A stretch of DNA of 64,000 nucleotides, taken from NCBI GenBank assembly GCA_963801105.1, contig CAWDDH010000003.1, forward strand, positions 984,785 to 1,048,784, given 5' to 3'. The DNA is from an uncultured Acidimicrobiia bacterium (GTDB lineage Bacteria > Actinomycetota > Acidimicrobiia > IMCC26256 > JAENVU01). Shown in pieces: positions 1-9,397 of the stretch. Under the pieces are notes generated by a model, which did no database searches, was not told the DNA's origin, and was given only the letters and a program-made list of their open reading frames with translations. The position numbers and the translations under genes were made by a program. Within the stretch, counting starts at the first letter, position 1, and each line of letters begins with the position of its first letter.

Positions 1-198
1 GCGCGGCTGCGAGAGCGTCACGGGGAGCACTGCGTTCCTGCTCCCGGTGTTGCCCTCCTGCACCGACGCGTCGCCGATCGCCACGACCGGCGTGGCCGCG
101 CCTGCGGCGACGGTCCCGAGGATCGGCACGAGCAACGCTCCGATCAGCACCGCGACGCCCGCCCACGCGAGCCCTCTGCCACCCCGAGCTGTGCCCAT
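1..198 (-). CDS. Secreted protein with Calx-beta-like domain (N-terminal part; runs off window)
   Basis: Hand translation MGTARGGRGLAWAGVAVLIGALLVPILGTVAAGAATPVVAIGDASVQEGNTGSRNAVLPVTLSQPR: signal peptide followed by IGDASVxEGNTG..VTLS, typical of Calx-beta starts; not in ORF track. Confidence 0.6.
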   Translation of the reverse strand, partial: MGTARGGRGLAWAGVAVLIGALLVPILGTVAAGAATPVVAIGDASVQEGNTGSRNAVLPVTLSQPR

Positions 199-319
199 GA
201 GCACCCCCAGCCATCCGCCCGAAGGCTCACGATAGACACGGGAAGGTCACCTGTCAGCAGAAACTTCGCGACCGGCGGACGGTCCTCGTCGACCCCCGCG
301 CCCGGACGGCCCGGGGGGA

Positions 320-766
320 TCAGGCGCAGTCGGCGCACCGGCCGATGAGGTCGACGAGGTGCCGCTCGGTGCGGAACCCGGTCTGTCGACCGATCCGGCG
401 GGTGGCGTCCTGCAGCGACCGCTCCAGTGGCGCGGGCGCCTCGAAGTCCTCGACGCCTCCGCAGTTGGAGCAGATCAGGTGATGGTGATGGTGCTCGGTC
501 AGATCCTCGGCGAGCTCGTAGTGCGCGTGGTCGCCCGCGGTGATCACGCGGTGGACGGCCCCGACCTGGTCGAGCGTCGTGAGGTTCCGGTAGATCGAGC
601 TCATCGCGAGGCTGGAGTCGGCGGCGGCGATCTCGGGAATCGTCAGTGGCCGGTCCGCGCCCGCGAGCACGCGCACGAGGGCCATGCGGTTCCTGGTGAA
701 GCGCCGGCCGACCCGCTCGAGGCGGGCGGCGATGCGTTCGCCGAGCTGGGGATCGAGATCGGTCAT
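320..766 (-). CDS. Fur-family regulator, Zur-like
   Basis: C-terminal 148 aa of ORF 320..1783: SSIYRNL helix, HHHHLICSNCG and terminal CADC; divergent from a metal ABC operon. Confidence 0.88.
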   Translation of the reverse strand: MTDLDPQLGERIAARLERVGRRFTRNRMALVRVLAGADRPLTIPEIAAADSSLAMSSIYRNLTTLDQVGAVHRVITAGDHAHYELAEDLTEHHHHHLICSNCGGVEDFEAPAPLERSLQDATRRIGRQTGFRTERHLVDLIGRCADCA

Positions 767-796
767 GGGGGCAATCTCCGGGACACGGTGAGCGGA

Positions 797-825
797 TTGA
801 CGAACCAAATGAGAATAGTTATCAT
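797..825 (+). promoter_or_regulatory. Sigma70-type promoter overlapped by a Fur/Zur-type box
   Basis: TTGACG(797-802)-N17-TATCAT(820-825); imperfect 7-1-7 palindrome TGAGAAT-A-GTTATCA at 810-824. Confidence 0.75.
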
Positions 826-856
826 ACTCTGTCTTCCGACCGCCGAGGCTCCCGAC

Positions 857-1774
857 ATGACCCGCTCCCGCCGATGGCTGCTCGCGCTCGCGACCGGCAC
901 GCTGGTCCTCGGCGCGTGCACCACCTCGTCGAACGGCGGCGCGAGCAGGACCCCGAAGGGCGACTGTCCGACGGCCCCGGTCCCGGTGGTGGTGAGCGTG
1001 GACCAGTGGGGCGACATGACGAGCCGGTTGGCCGGCGACTGCGGCGCGGTCACCACCATCTTCAAGAGCTCCTCGGCCGACCCGCACGACTACGAACCGA
1101 CCCCGGCGGAGACCGCGGAGTTCACGGGCGCGAAGCTCGTCGTCGTGAACGGGCTCGACTACGACCCGTGGGCGGACCGCGCCGTCGCGACCCTCGACAC
1201 CGCGCCGGTGGTCGTGAACGCCGGGCGGGTGGTCGGACTGCGCAACGGCGACAACCCGCACCTCTGGTATGGCCCCGACATCGTCTCCCGGGTCGCGGAC
1301 GCCATCACGGCGAAGCTCGAGCGGCTCCGGCCCGCGGACGCGGCCTACTTCCGGGCGCGCCACACCGCGTGGCGCGCCTCGATGCGGCCCTACGAGGCCG
1401 AGATCGCGGCGATCAGGGTCGCGGCGCGCGGCAAGTCCTACGCCGCGACCGAGGGGATCTTCGCCTACATGGCGAACGCCCTCGGCCTGACCGACCGGAC
1501 GCCGCCGGGGTACGCGTCCGCGACCGCCAACGGGTCCGAGCCGTCGCCGGGCGACCTCCACGCGTTCGAGCAGGAGCTCGCGCGCGGCCGGATCGCGGTC
1601 CTGATCGACAACACCCAGACCCAGGGTGCGATCCCCGACCAGCTCCGCGCGGACGCGAAGCGGGCGGACGTGCCGGTCGTGCCGGTCACCGAGAGCGTTC
1701 CGCCCCGGTTCCGGACGTTCGTGGCGTGGCAGCTCAGCCAGCTGAAGGATCTCGCGAGGGCGGTGGGCCGGTGA
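857..1774 (+). CDS. Zn/Mn ABC transporter substrate-binding lipoprotein (ZnuA/TroA family)
   Basis: Lipobox LVLGAC; DPHDYEPTP, NGLDYD and NPHLWY motifs. Confidence 0.9.
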   Translation: MTRSRRWLLALATGTLVLGACTTSSNGGASRTPKGDCPTAPVPVVVSVDQWGDMTSRLAGDCGAVTTIFKSSSADPHDYEPTPAETAEFTGAKLVVVNGLDYDPWADRAVATLDTAPVVVNAGRVVGLRNGDNPHLWYGPDIVSRVADAITAKLERLRPADAAYFRARHTAWRASMRPYEAEIAAIRVAARGKSYAATEGIFAYMANALGLTDRTPPGYASATANGSEPSPGDLHAFEQELARGRIAVLIDNTQTQGAIPDQLRADAKRADVPVVPVTESVPPRFRTFVAWQLSQLKDLARAVGR

Positions 1775-2526
1775 CCGACGCACTCACGCTCGACCACGTC
1801 AGCGCGGCACGCGACGGGCAGCTCGTCTGGTCCGAGGGCAGCTTCTCGGTCCCGTCGGGGTCGGTCGTCGCGGTGATCGGGCCCAACGGATCGGGCAAGA
1901 CCACGTTCCTCCACATGATCCTCGGGCTCGTCGAGCCGGCGGCGGGACAGCTGACCGTGTTCGGCGACGAGCCGCGCCGCGGGAACCCGCACATCGGCTA
2001 CGTGCCGCAGAACTATGTCGCTGAGATCGGCGAGGCGATCCGCTGTCGCGATCTCGTCACCCTCGGCCGCACGGGCACCCGCTGGGGGCTCGGCGGCCGG
2101 TCCGGCGAACGGGCACGCGTCGACGCGGCGCTCGACGCGGTGTCCGCGCTCGACGTCGCGAACCGGCGGGTGTCCCAGCTGTCGGGAGGCCAACAGCAGC
2201 GGGTCGCCATCGCCCAGGCGCTCGTGGGCGATCCGGAGCTGCTCCTCCTCGACGAGCCGCTCGCCAACCTCGACGTCCGCAACCAGCACGAGATCGTCGA
2301 CCTCCTCGGCCGGCTGCACGCCGAACGCCCCGTCACCATCCTCGTGGTCGTCCACGACCTCAACCCGCTGCTGTCGATCCTGGACGGCGCGATCTATCTG
2401 CTCGACGGACACGCCCACTACGGCGCGATCGGCGAGGTCGTCGACAGCGAGCTGCTCACCCACCTGTACGACACTCCGATCAAGGTCGTGCGCACCGCGC
2501 AGGGCGACCTGTTCACCCGAGGTTGA
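1771..2526 (+). CDS. Metal ABC transporter ATP-binding protein
   Basis: GPNGSGKT, LSGGQQQR, LLLDEP; GTGA overlap with the upstream gene. Confidence 0.92.
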   Translation: MTDALTLDHVSAARDGQLVWSEGSFSVPSGSVVAVIGPNGSGKTTFLHMILGLVEPAAGQLTVFGDEPRRGNPHIGYVPQNYVAEIGEAIRCRDLVTLGRTGTRWGLGGRSGERARVDAALDAVSALDVANRRVSQLSGGQQQRVAIAQALVGDPELLLLDEPLANLDVRNQHEIVDLLGRLHAERPVTILVVVHDLNPLLSILDGAIYLLDGHAHYGAIGEVVDSELLTHLYDTPIKVVRTAQGDLFTRG

Positions 2527-2530
2527 TCTG

Positions 2531-3454
2531 ATGATGCACGTGTTGGCCGATGTCGGGTACCAGTCCAACTGGGCCGAGGTCCTCCGGGCCGGGTTCATGC
2601 GCAACGCGTTCATCGGCGGCACGCTCGTCGCGATCGCGTCGGGCCTGATCGGCTACTTCGTGGTGATCCGGCGCGACGCCTTCGCCGCGCACGCGCTCGC
2701 GCACATCGGCTTCCCCGGCGCGACCTTCGCCGTGCTCGCGGGGATGCCGGTGACCCTGGGACTCGCGATCTTCTGCGTGAGCGGCGGGCTCGCGATCGGC
2801 GCACTCGGCAAGCGGGTCGCGAACCGGGAGGTCTCCACCGGGACGATCCTCGCGGTGGCGACCGGTCTCGGGGTGCTCTTCGCGTCACTCGCCTCGGAGA
2901 ACACCAGCACCATCACGAGCGTCCTCTTCGGCAACCTGCTCGCGATCTCCCACGCTCAGATCCGGACCTTCACGGCGTTCACGGTCGCCTTGGCAGTGGC
3001 CCTGGCGGTCATCGCTCGCCCGCTGCTCTTCGCGTCGGTCGACCCGCAGGTGGCCGAGGCGAAGGGCGTCGCCGTGCGACCGCTCGGGATCGCGTTCATG
3101 GTGCTCCTGGCGCTCGCGATCACGATGGCGGTCCAGGTCGTGGGCACCCTGCTGCTGTTCGCGCTCGTGGTCACTCCGGCGGCCACGGCCCTGGCGATCA
3201 CGGCCCGGCCCGGGGCCGTCGTCGCCCTCGGCACCGGCATCGGACTCGCCTCGGTCTGGCTCGGGCTCGTCGTGGCGGTGATGTTCAACCTGCCCCCGAG
3301 CTTCTGCATCGTGAGCCTCGCGTTCCTGACGTGGCTCACCACCCTCGCCGTGACACGGACCCGGCGGCGGGTCGGGGCGGGCCCGCGTCCGAGCGGTCAC
3401 GACCACCAGCACGGCGACCACCACCATCCGGAACACACCGAGCTCAGCGTGTGA
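2531..3454 (+). CDS. Metal ABC transporter permease (ABC-3) with His-rich tail
   Basis: AHALAHIGFPG, LFGNLL, VGTLLLFALVVTPA; tail HDHQHGDHHHPEH. Confidence 0.9.
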   Translation: MMHVLADVGYQSNWAEVLRAGFMRNAFIGGTLVAIASGLIGYFVVIRRDAFAAHALAHIGFPGATFAVLAGMPVTLGLAIFCVSGGLAIGALGKRVANREVSTGTILAVATGLGVLFASLASENTSTITSVLFGNLLAISHAQIRTFTAFTVALAVALAVIARPLLFASVDPQVAEAKGVAVRPLGIAFMVLLALAITMAVQVVGTLLLFALVVTPAATALAITARPGAVVALGTGIGLASVWLGLVVAVMFNLPPSFCIVSLAFLTWLTTLAVTRTRRRVGAGPRPSGHDHQHGDHHHPEHTELSV

Positions 3455-3487
3455 ACGGCTGAGCGTCGACGAGCGGACGGCCGCCCC

Positions 3488-4141
3488 TCAGTCGGCGAGC
3501 AGCGCGCTGGTGATCGCGTCGGAGACGAAACGACCGTACTGCTCGACTGGCCACCGGCGCCGGACGACGAGCAGCTCGTAGAGCTCCGGTGAGCTGTACG
3601 TCCAAAGCACGTCGGCGGTCTCGGCCAGTGAGACCCCGCGACGCACGTGCCCGCTCCTGCGCAGGCGACGCGCGTTCTCCGTCATCCGCCGCAACCGGTC
3701 GGCGTCCAGCTCCTCCAGGAGCAGACGAACTTCCGGGTCGTTGGCGGCCGCATCGCGGATCATCAGCAACGTCGGTGCGACCCGAGGCGCGACCTCCGCG
3801 GTCAACGCACCCCAGGCCCGGACGATCTCGCGCCCCGTGAGGCCGACGGCGTGCAGTGCATCCGAGCGCTGCTCCGCCGGCACCGGGCCTGCGCCCTCCA
3901 GCGCGCGCGACCGGATCGCTCGGACGAGACCCGGCTTGCCACCGAACGCCTTGAAGACCGTGTCGACCGAGACGCCTGCGTCCGCGGCGATCATCGCGAC
4001 CGTCGTGGCCGCGTACCCGTTCGCGAGGAAGCGCTGGTGCGCGGCGGTGACGATCCGGTCCCGGGTCCGCGCCGCACGGTCCCGACGCTTGCTCGCGTCG
4101 TACGTGCGAACGGGCTTGACGGATGCGACCGGACGGTTCAT
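3488..4141 (-). CDS. TetR-family regulator
   Basis: N-terminal HTH GYAATTVAMIAADAGVSVDTVFKAFGGK; -10 TAGAAT 9 nt before ATG. Confidence 0.88.
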   Translation of the reverse strand: MNRPVASVKPVRTYDASKRRDRAARTRDRIVTAAHQRFLANGYAATTVAMIAADAGVSVDTVFKAFGGKPGLVRAIRSRALEGAGPVPAEQRSDALHAVGLTGREIVRAWGALTAEVAPRVAPTLLMIRDAAANDPEVRLLLEELDADRLRRMTENARRLRRSGHVRRGVSLAETADVLWTYSSPELYELLVVRRRWPVEQYGRFVSDAITSALLAD

Positions 4142-4161
4142 AGTAATTTCATTCTAGTCTA

Positions 4162-4180
4162 CTGGATCGAAAGTATCCAG
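4162..4180. promoter_or_regulatory. Putative TetR operator
   Basis: Inverted repeat CTGGAT-N7-ATCCAG in the AT-rich gap between tetR and the divergent gene. Confidence 0.45.
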
Positions 4181-4200
4181 CCGCGGAGGAGGGTTGCGAG

Positions 4201-4608
4201 ATGAGCGAGGCGAGCGCGATGGTCGACCGGCTGGTCGGAGCCACCAACGAGCACGATCTGGAGGCACTGGTCGCGTGCTTCGCCGACGACTACGCCAATG
4301 CGACTCCGGCGCATCCGGCGCGTGGGTTCCGGGGTCGCGAGCAGGTCCGGAAGAACTGGGAGGCCATCTTCGCCTTCGTGCCCGACCTCCGCGCCGAGGT
4401 GTTGGCGTCGAGCACCGACGGCGACACGGTGTGGACCGAATGGGAGATGACGGGCACACGCGGCGACGGCAGCGCGCACCTCATGCGCGGGGTGATCATC
4501 TTCGGTGTCGACGGTGGCCTCGCCCGGTGGGCCCGCTTCTACCTCGAGCCCGTCGACGAAGACTCCGCGAACGTCGACGACGCGGTACGCGAGCAGGTCG
4601 TGCGCTGA
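4201..4608 (+). CDS. SnoaL/NTF2-like protein
   Basis: HDLEALVACFADDY, GREQVRKNW, VWTEW; GGAGG RBS. Confidence 0.85.
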   Translation: MSEASAMVDRLVGATNEHDLEALVACFADDYANATPAHPARGFRGREQVRKNWEAIFAFVPDLRAEVLASSTDGDTVWTEWEMTGTRGDGSAHLMRGVIIFGVDGGLARWARFYLEPVDEDSANVDDAVREQVVR

Positions 4609-5460
4609 TGTTGCTCGTCGCCGGGGGCACCGGACGGCTCGGAACCCGAGTCGTCTCCCGTCTGGTCGACCGAGGGTTGAGCGTTCGGGTCCTGACGAGG
4701 GATCCGAACCGGGCGACGCACCTGCCGGCCGAGGTCCAGGTCGTGGTCGGCGACGTGCGCGACCCGCGCGAGCCTGGGGCCCGCCGTCGAGGGCACGACC
4801 CATGTGGTTTCCGCGGTGCAGGGCTTCGCCGGGCCGGGACGGGTCTCGCCGGCATCGGTCGACCGTGAGGGCAACCGCCATCTCGTGGACGCCGCGGCGG
4901 CAACCGGCGCGGCGATGGTCCTCGTCTCCGTGATCGGCGCGGCTCCGGAGAGCCCGATGGAGCTCTTCCGCGCCAAGCACGCCGCCGAGGAGCACCTCAG
5001 GGGTGCGGGCATCCCCTGGACCGTGGTGCGCGCGAGCAGCTTCGTCGAGCTGTGGGGCGAGATTCTCGCCAAGGCGCCGGTCCTGGGCCGGGGCGAGAAC
5101 CCGATCAACTTCGTGGCAGTCGACGACGTCGCTGCCGCGGTGGAGCTCGCGTGCGTCGACGCCACCGTGCGCGCCCGTACGCTCGAGATCGGTGGTCCCG
5201 AGAACCTGACCTTCAACGCGCTGGCCCGACTCCTCGCGGAGCTCCGCGGCGAGACACCGTCCATCCGTCACGTGCCGCGCGGCATCCTGCGGGCACTCGC
5301 CCCCATGAGTCGTCGCGCTCGTGCCGCGCTGACCATGGACACCGATGACATGACCTTCGACGCCGCGTCGGCCCGGTCCGGCCTTCCAGATCTCCCGTTC
5401 CGGTCCGTGCGCCAGCTACTGGCGACCTCGGGTCCCACCGACGCGGCCCACCCTCGGTAG
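4608..5460 (+). CDS. NAD(P)-binding NmrA/atypical SDR protein (frameshift near 4768)
   Basis: MLLVAGGTGRLG Rossmann start in one frame, continuing in ORF 4804..5460 (LEIGGPENLT); one extra base. Confidence 0.75.
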
Positions 5461-5501
5461 GAGCCGCAGGATCTCGATTCCCAGGCCCGGTCGCCCGCCG
5501 G

Positions 5502-5575
5502 TGGAGACGATGGGACTCGAACCCACGACTTCCTGCTTGCAAAGCAGGTGCTCTAGCCAACTGAGCTACGTCCCC
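5502..5575 (-). tRNA. tRNA-Ala(TGC)
   Basis: GGGGACGTAGCTCAGTTGG...CCTGC-TTTGCAA-GCAGG...GTTCGAGTCC; CCA not encoded; -10 TACGAT at 5588-5593. Confidence 0.97.
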
Positions 5576-5633
5576 GAAGGTCTGTCCATCGTAGGTGACC
5601 ACCGTCGACCGGATCCTCGTCCGGCGACCGGGC

Positions 5634-7115
5634 TCAGGCCGGCACCCACGTCCCGTGGAAGCCGTAGGGAACCCGTTGCGGAAGCTCGACCCGGGCGACC
5701 GGGCCCTTCGGGACGGCGGTGGCGTCGACCACGAGGAGCTGGGACCGCTCGGTGCGGTCGTCGTATTCGTACGTCAGCAGGTAGCCGGCGTCCTCGTCGT
5801 CGCCCGCGGGAACGAAGAGCCACTCGCCGGTGTGACGCGCCGGTCCGGGATCCCATGCCTCACGGGTTCCCCGGCGATGGTCGCGCTTGATCACCCCGCC
5901 GAAGTCGACCGCTTCGTCGCCGTCGCGGGTCGCCACCAGGTAGCTGTAGCGCTGGGGTCGGCCGACCATCCGCGGATCGCGGGTCGGCAGCTCACCGGGC
6001 CGGTCGGCCTCGACCACCTCGTCACGGACCCGGCCGGTCGTCGTGTCGAGCGTCCATCGGCGCTCGGAGAGCGCGCCGCCGAACGCCGCGCCCGGGACGA
6101 ACATCGAGGAGAGCCGGCAGACGTCGAGCACCACGTCGGTGCCGTCCCGGTGGGCGTTGATCCCGTGGAAGACGTAGCACGGGTCGATCTCGTGCCACGC
6201 GATCTGCGACGCGGGCCCGCCGAGGGGCATCACCCCCACGCGCGCGCCGGCGGAAGGCGACCAGCGGTACGGGAACACCCCCGACTGTGGGTCCTCGATC
6301 CACTTGGTCGCCGCCGCGAGATCGAAGACCACGGGCAGATCCCAGAACACGACGTCCTGGTCCGTGATGGCGAAGTCGTGGATCATCGTCGACCGCGGGA
6401 TGTCCACGACCTCGGAGTGCGACAGCGTCCCGTCCGGCTCGATCACGTGGTACGTGAGGAACGGCGCGACGAAGCCGTAGCCGAAGGCGTGCATCCGGCC
6501 CGTCGCCGGATCGATCTTCGGGTGTGCCGTGAACGCCGTGGTCAGCTTCCCGCCGAAGTCCTGGATGCCGACGGTCGACAGGTCGTCGGGCGCGAGCTCG
6601 TACGGGAACCCGACCTCCCCGCTCGTCAGGAGCCGGCCGCCGTGGAAGAGGGCCGAAACGTTGCTCTGGGTCGCGCTCCCGCCGGGCGCGCTCGCGCCGA
6701 AACCGGCGCCGGCGTCGTACAGCGCGGTGTGGACGTAGCGGTTCCGGTACCACCGCGCCCGGCCGGCCTCGAGCATGACCCCGTGCACCATGCCGTCGCC
6801 GAAGAACCAATGGCTGGAATCGTCGTGCTGGGGGTTCGAGCCGTTCCGCACGTACAGCCCGCTCAGCTCCGGCGGGAGCGCACCGTGCACGACCAGGTCG
6901 ACGGCATCGACCTCCTTCGTGACCGGTCCGAAGTTCCCCTCGAGCCACCATGGCCGCTCGGGCGCGCTCGGGGACGTGCTGCCGGGCGGGCGAGGCGCCG
7001 TGGCCCCACCGCCGTCGCTCGCGCACGCTGCGAGCAAGGACGCGAGCGGGAGACTGCCCCCGGCGAGCACCGACCAGCGCAGCACGTCACGCCGCGACGG
7101 CGTCCGGTCGATCAT
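5634..7115 (-). CDS. Carotenoid oxygenase (RPE65/CCD family) with Tat-lipoprotein signal
   Basis: GLYVRNG, WFFGDGMVH; four Fe ligands TAHPK, MIHDF, VFHGIN, GFHGTW; N-terminus SRRDVLR...LLAAC. Confidence 0.9.
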   Translation of the reverse strand: MIDRTPSRRDVLRWSVLAGGSLPLASLLAACASDGGGATAPRPPGSTSPSAPERPWWLEGNFGPVTKEVDAVDLVVHGALPPELSGLYVRNGSNPQHDDSSHWFFGDGMVHGVMLEAGRARWYRNRYVHTALYDAGAGFGASAPGGSATQSNVSALFHGGRLLTSGEVGFPYELAPDDLSTVGIQDFGGKLTTAFTAHPKIDPATGRMHAFGYGFVAPFLTYHVIEPDGTLSHSEVVDIPRSTMIHDFAITDQDVVFWDLPVVFDLAAATKWIEDPQSGVFPYRWSPSAGARVGVMPLGGPASQIAWHEIDPCYVFHGINAHRDGTDVVLDVCRLSSMFVPGAAFGGALSERRWTLDTTTGRVRDEVVEADRPGELPTRDPRMVGRPQRYSYLVATRDGDEAVDFGGVIKRDHRRGTREAWDPGPARHTGEWLFVPAGDDEDAGYLLTYEYDDRTERSQLLVVDATAVPKGPVARVELPQRVPYGFHGTWVPA

Positions 7116-7289
7116 CGGGCCATCGTCCCCGCTCACCGTCGATCTCGGCAAGTCCTCCGGGCCCGAGTGCCTTCACCCGACCTGCCGTGGGCCCGCCGGG
7201 CATCACCCGCCGAGCGGACTCGGAGGACCGGCCGTCAAGCATGCCCCTCGGGGTGCCGACACATGGGGCGTGCCGAACAGGGAGCCGTC

Positions 7290-7745
7290 GTGACGCCGAG
7301 GGAGCAGGAAGCCGAGCTGATCGAGAACGCTCAGCCCGTGCTGGGCGACGAGCCCATCGTCGCGGCAGGGGTCTTCGGGCTCCAACACCTCGCCGGGACC
7401 GCGTCCGCGCGCGCCGACGACGTCGGTGACGAGTGGTTGGTCGACGACGCGGACCCCGCCGGCGGCGGGGCAGCACCCGACGTGGAGCTGATCGTCGCCG
7501 TCACCGACGAGCGCATCCACGTGATCCGCTGGGGCCACGCGTCGGAGCCCAAGCGCATCGTCGGCACGTTCCCTCGCGCGACCACCGAGGTCGAGATCGC
7601 GCGGTTCGGCCTCTCCCGGATGATCAAGCTCGAGGACCCGTCGAGCGGCGCCCACATCGAGCTGCACGCGTCGGTGTCGCCGGCCGCTCGTCGCGGTGGT
7701 CCCGATCAGCACGTGCTCGAGGAACTGGTCCGCACCGCGGCGTGA
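7290..7745 (+). CDS. Hypothetical protein, paralog of the next gene
   Basis: C-terminal part of ORF 5595..7745; shares motifs with 7790..8347. Confidence 0.7.
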   Translation: MTPREQEAELIENAQPVLGDEPIVAAGVFGLQHLAGTASARADDVGDEWLVDDADPAGGGAAPDVELIVAVTDERIHVIRWGHASEPKRIVGTFPRATTEVEIARFGLSRMIKLEDPSSGAHIELHASVSPAARRGGPDQHVLEELVRTAA

Positions 7746-7789
7746 CGACCCGTTCAAGCCCCGGTCCGGAACTGCCGACGATTCCCGTC

Positions 7790-8347
7790 ATGAGCAGGAA
7801 GCCCTGGGACCCCACCGCGGGCGAGACCGCCGAGGCCATCTTCCGCGCCTCGGAGGCGGAGCTCGCCACGCACGCCAAGCGCGCGATCACCGACGAGGAG
7901 CCGATCGTGGCCGCCGGCGCATTCTGGCCCAACGGCGCGACCCGAGAGACGATGGAGCACGGCACCGTGGGCGGCCACAAGCTCGGCGCGGTGTTCGGTC
8001 CCAACGTCGGCGTGGTGCTGGCGCTCGCCGAGACGGCGTCCGGGCGCGGCGCGCCACCGGAGAAGTACGAGATGGCCAAGCCGATGCTCGTCGCGGTGAC
8101 TCCCACCCGCATCCACATCATCGAGCCCGCGTGCGGCGACGCGCCGGCCGAGCCCCGTACCGTCGTCTCGTTCGACCGCGCGACGACCATCGTCCACCTC
8201 AAGCGCTGGGGCCTGACCCGGATCGTGGAGCTCGACGACGACACGGCCGATCGTCATTTCCGTCTCCACGCGTCGGTAGCTCCGTACATGACGCGCGCCG
8301 TCCCCGAGAAGGCCGTGCTCGCGGAGATCGTGCCCACCCGCAAGTAG
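7790..8347 (+). CDS. Hypothetical protein, paralog of the previous gene
   Basis: EPIVAAGxF, VAVTxxRIH, FxRATT, LHASVxP shared with 7290..7745. Confidence 0.7.
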   Translation: MSRKPWDPTAGETAEAIFRASEAELATHAKRAITDEEPIVAAGAFWPNGATRETMEHGTVGGHKLGAVFGPNVGVVLALAETASGRGAPPEKYEMAKPMLVAVTPTRIHIIEPACGDAPAEPRTVVSFDRATTIVHLKRWGLTRIVELDDDTADRHFRLHASVAPYMTRAVPEKAVLAEIVPTRK

Positions 8348-8350
8348 CGG

Positions 8351-8884
8351 TCAGCCCAGCTCGGCCGCGAGATCGGCGAGCTTCGTCGTCGAGCGCCAGT
8401 TGCGTGCGGTCCCGGCGAGCCCGAGCTTGTTCATCACCGCGGGGACGAGCGTGGTCCGGCCCATCCCGTTCGGCGTGTGCAGGTACGCCTCGTGCCCGAC
8501 GACCTGCACCTCGTCCGGCGCGTACTCCGCCGGGTCGAGTGCGTCGAGCGTCGGCGCGACGCCGTCGAAGAGGAAGACGACCGAGAGCTTCGTGGGGTCG
8601 TCGGTGCGATCCGCCATCGGATGGCTCGCCACGACCGTGCGCAGCTGGGCTGCGGTGCGTGTCGCGATTCGCGTGTCGATGCCCGACGCGGCGAGGACCG
8701 CGTCGTGGAGCACCCGGGTGACCTTCGTCGCCCCGGCGCGCGAGCGGAACACCACGTTGCCGCTCTGGATGAAGGTCGAGACGTCCTCGAAGCCGCAGTC
8801 CTGCGCGATGGCCCGCAGGTCGGCCATCTTCAGCGATCGGCCGCCGACGTTGATGCCGCCGAGCAGCGCGACGTAGACCGTCAT
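8351..8884 (-). CDS. DUF1697 family protein
   Basis: YVALLGGINVGG, TFIQSGNVVF, TARNW. Confidence 0.88.
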   Translation of the reverse strand: MTVYVALLGGINVGGRSLKMADLRAIAQDCGFEDVSTFIQSGNVVFRSRAGATKVTRVLHDAVLAASGIDTRIATRTAAQLRTVVASHPMADRTDDPTKLSVVFLFDGVAPTLDALDPAEYAPDEVQVVGHEAYLHTPNGMGRTTLVPAVMNKLGLAGTARNWRSTTKLADLAAELG

Positions 8885-8888
8885 CGCC

Positions 8889-9311
8889 TCACTTGTACCC
8901 GACCATGATGTGCTCGATCCACGCCTGCGGCGCGGCCGACAGCAGCGTGTTCAGGTCGAGGTAGTCGTGCCAGCGCACGATCTCGCCGTCGCGGATCTCC
9001 TGCACCGAGACGAACGGCAGGTGCACGTGCTCCCCGGTCTCCCAGAACCACTCCTCGGAGTGCTCGGTGATCACCGTGTCGCCGTCGGCCACGATCGTGC
9101 CGTCGTGCAGCACGTAGTTCGCGAGCGGCCCGAGACCGAGGCGCAGCCGCGCCGCGACCTCCTCGGGGCCGAAGGCACCCTCCTCGGGTGCGGGCACGTC
9201 GGTGTAGTGCCCGTCGGGCGCGAAGTACCCGCCGACGGCATCGAAGTCGCGCCGGGCGAGATCCGCCCAGAACCGCTCGACGAGGGCCTTGTTCTCTGCT
9301 GGGTTCGTCAC
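8889..9311 (-). CDS. Limonene-epoxide hydrolase/SnoaL-like protein
   Basis: NKALVERFW, LPFVSVQEIRDGEIVRWHDYLD; TAAGGT 7 nt before GTG. Confidence 0.82.
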   Translation of the reverse strand: MTNPAENKALVERFWADLARRDFDAVGGYFAPDGHYTDVPAPEEGAFGPEEVAARLRLGLGPLANYVLHDGTIVADGDTVITEHSEEWFWETGEHVHLPFVSVQEIRDGEIVRWHDYLDLNTLLSAAPQAWIEHIMVGYK

Positions 9312-9397
9312 GGCGGGCACCTTAGGGTTCCAGGAACCTCGGCGGAATACCTTCCGATCCGTCAAGCATCCCGGCGGCCGAGCCGACACACTGGATC

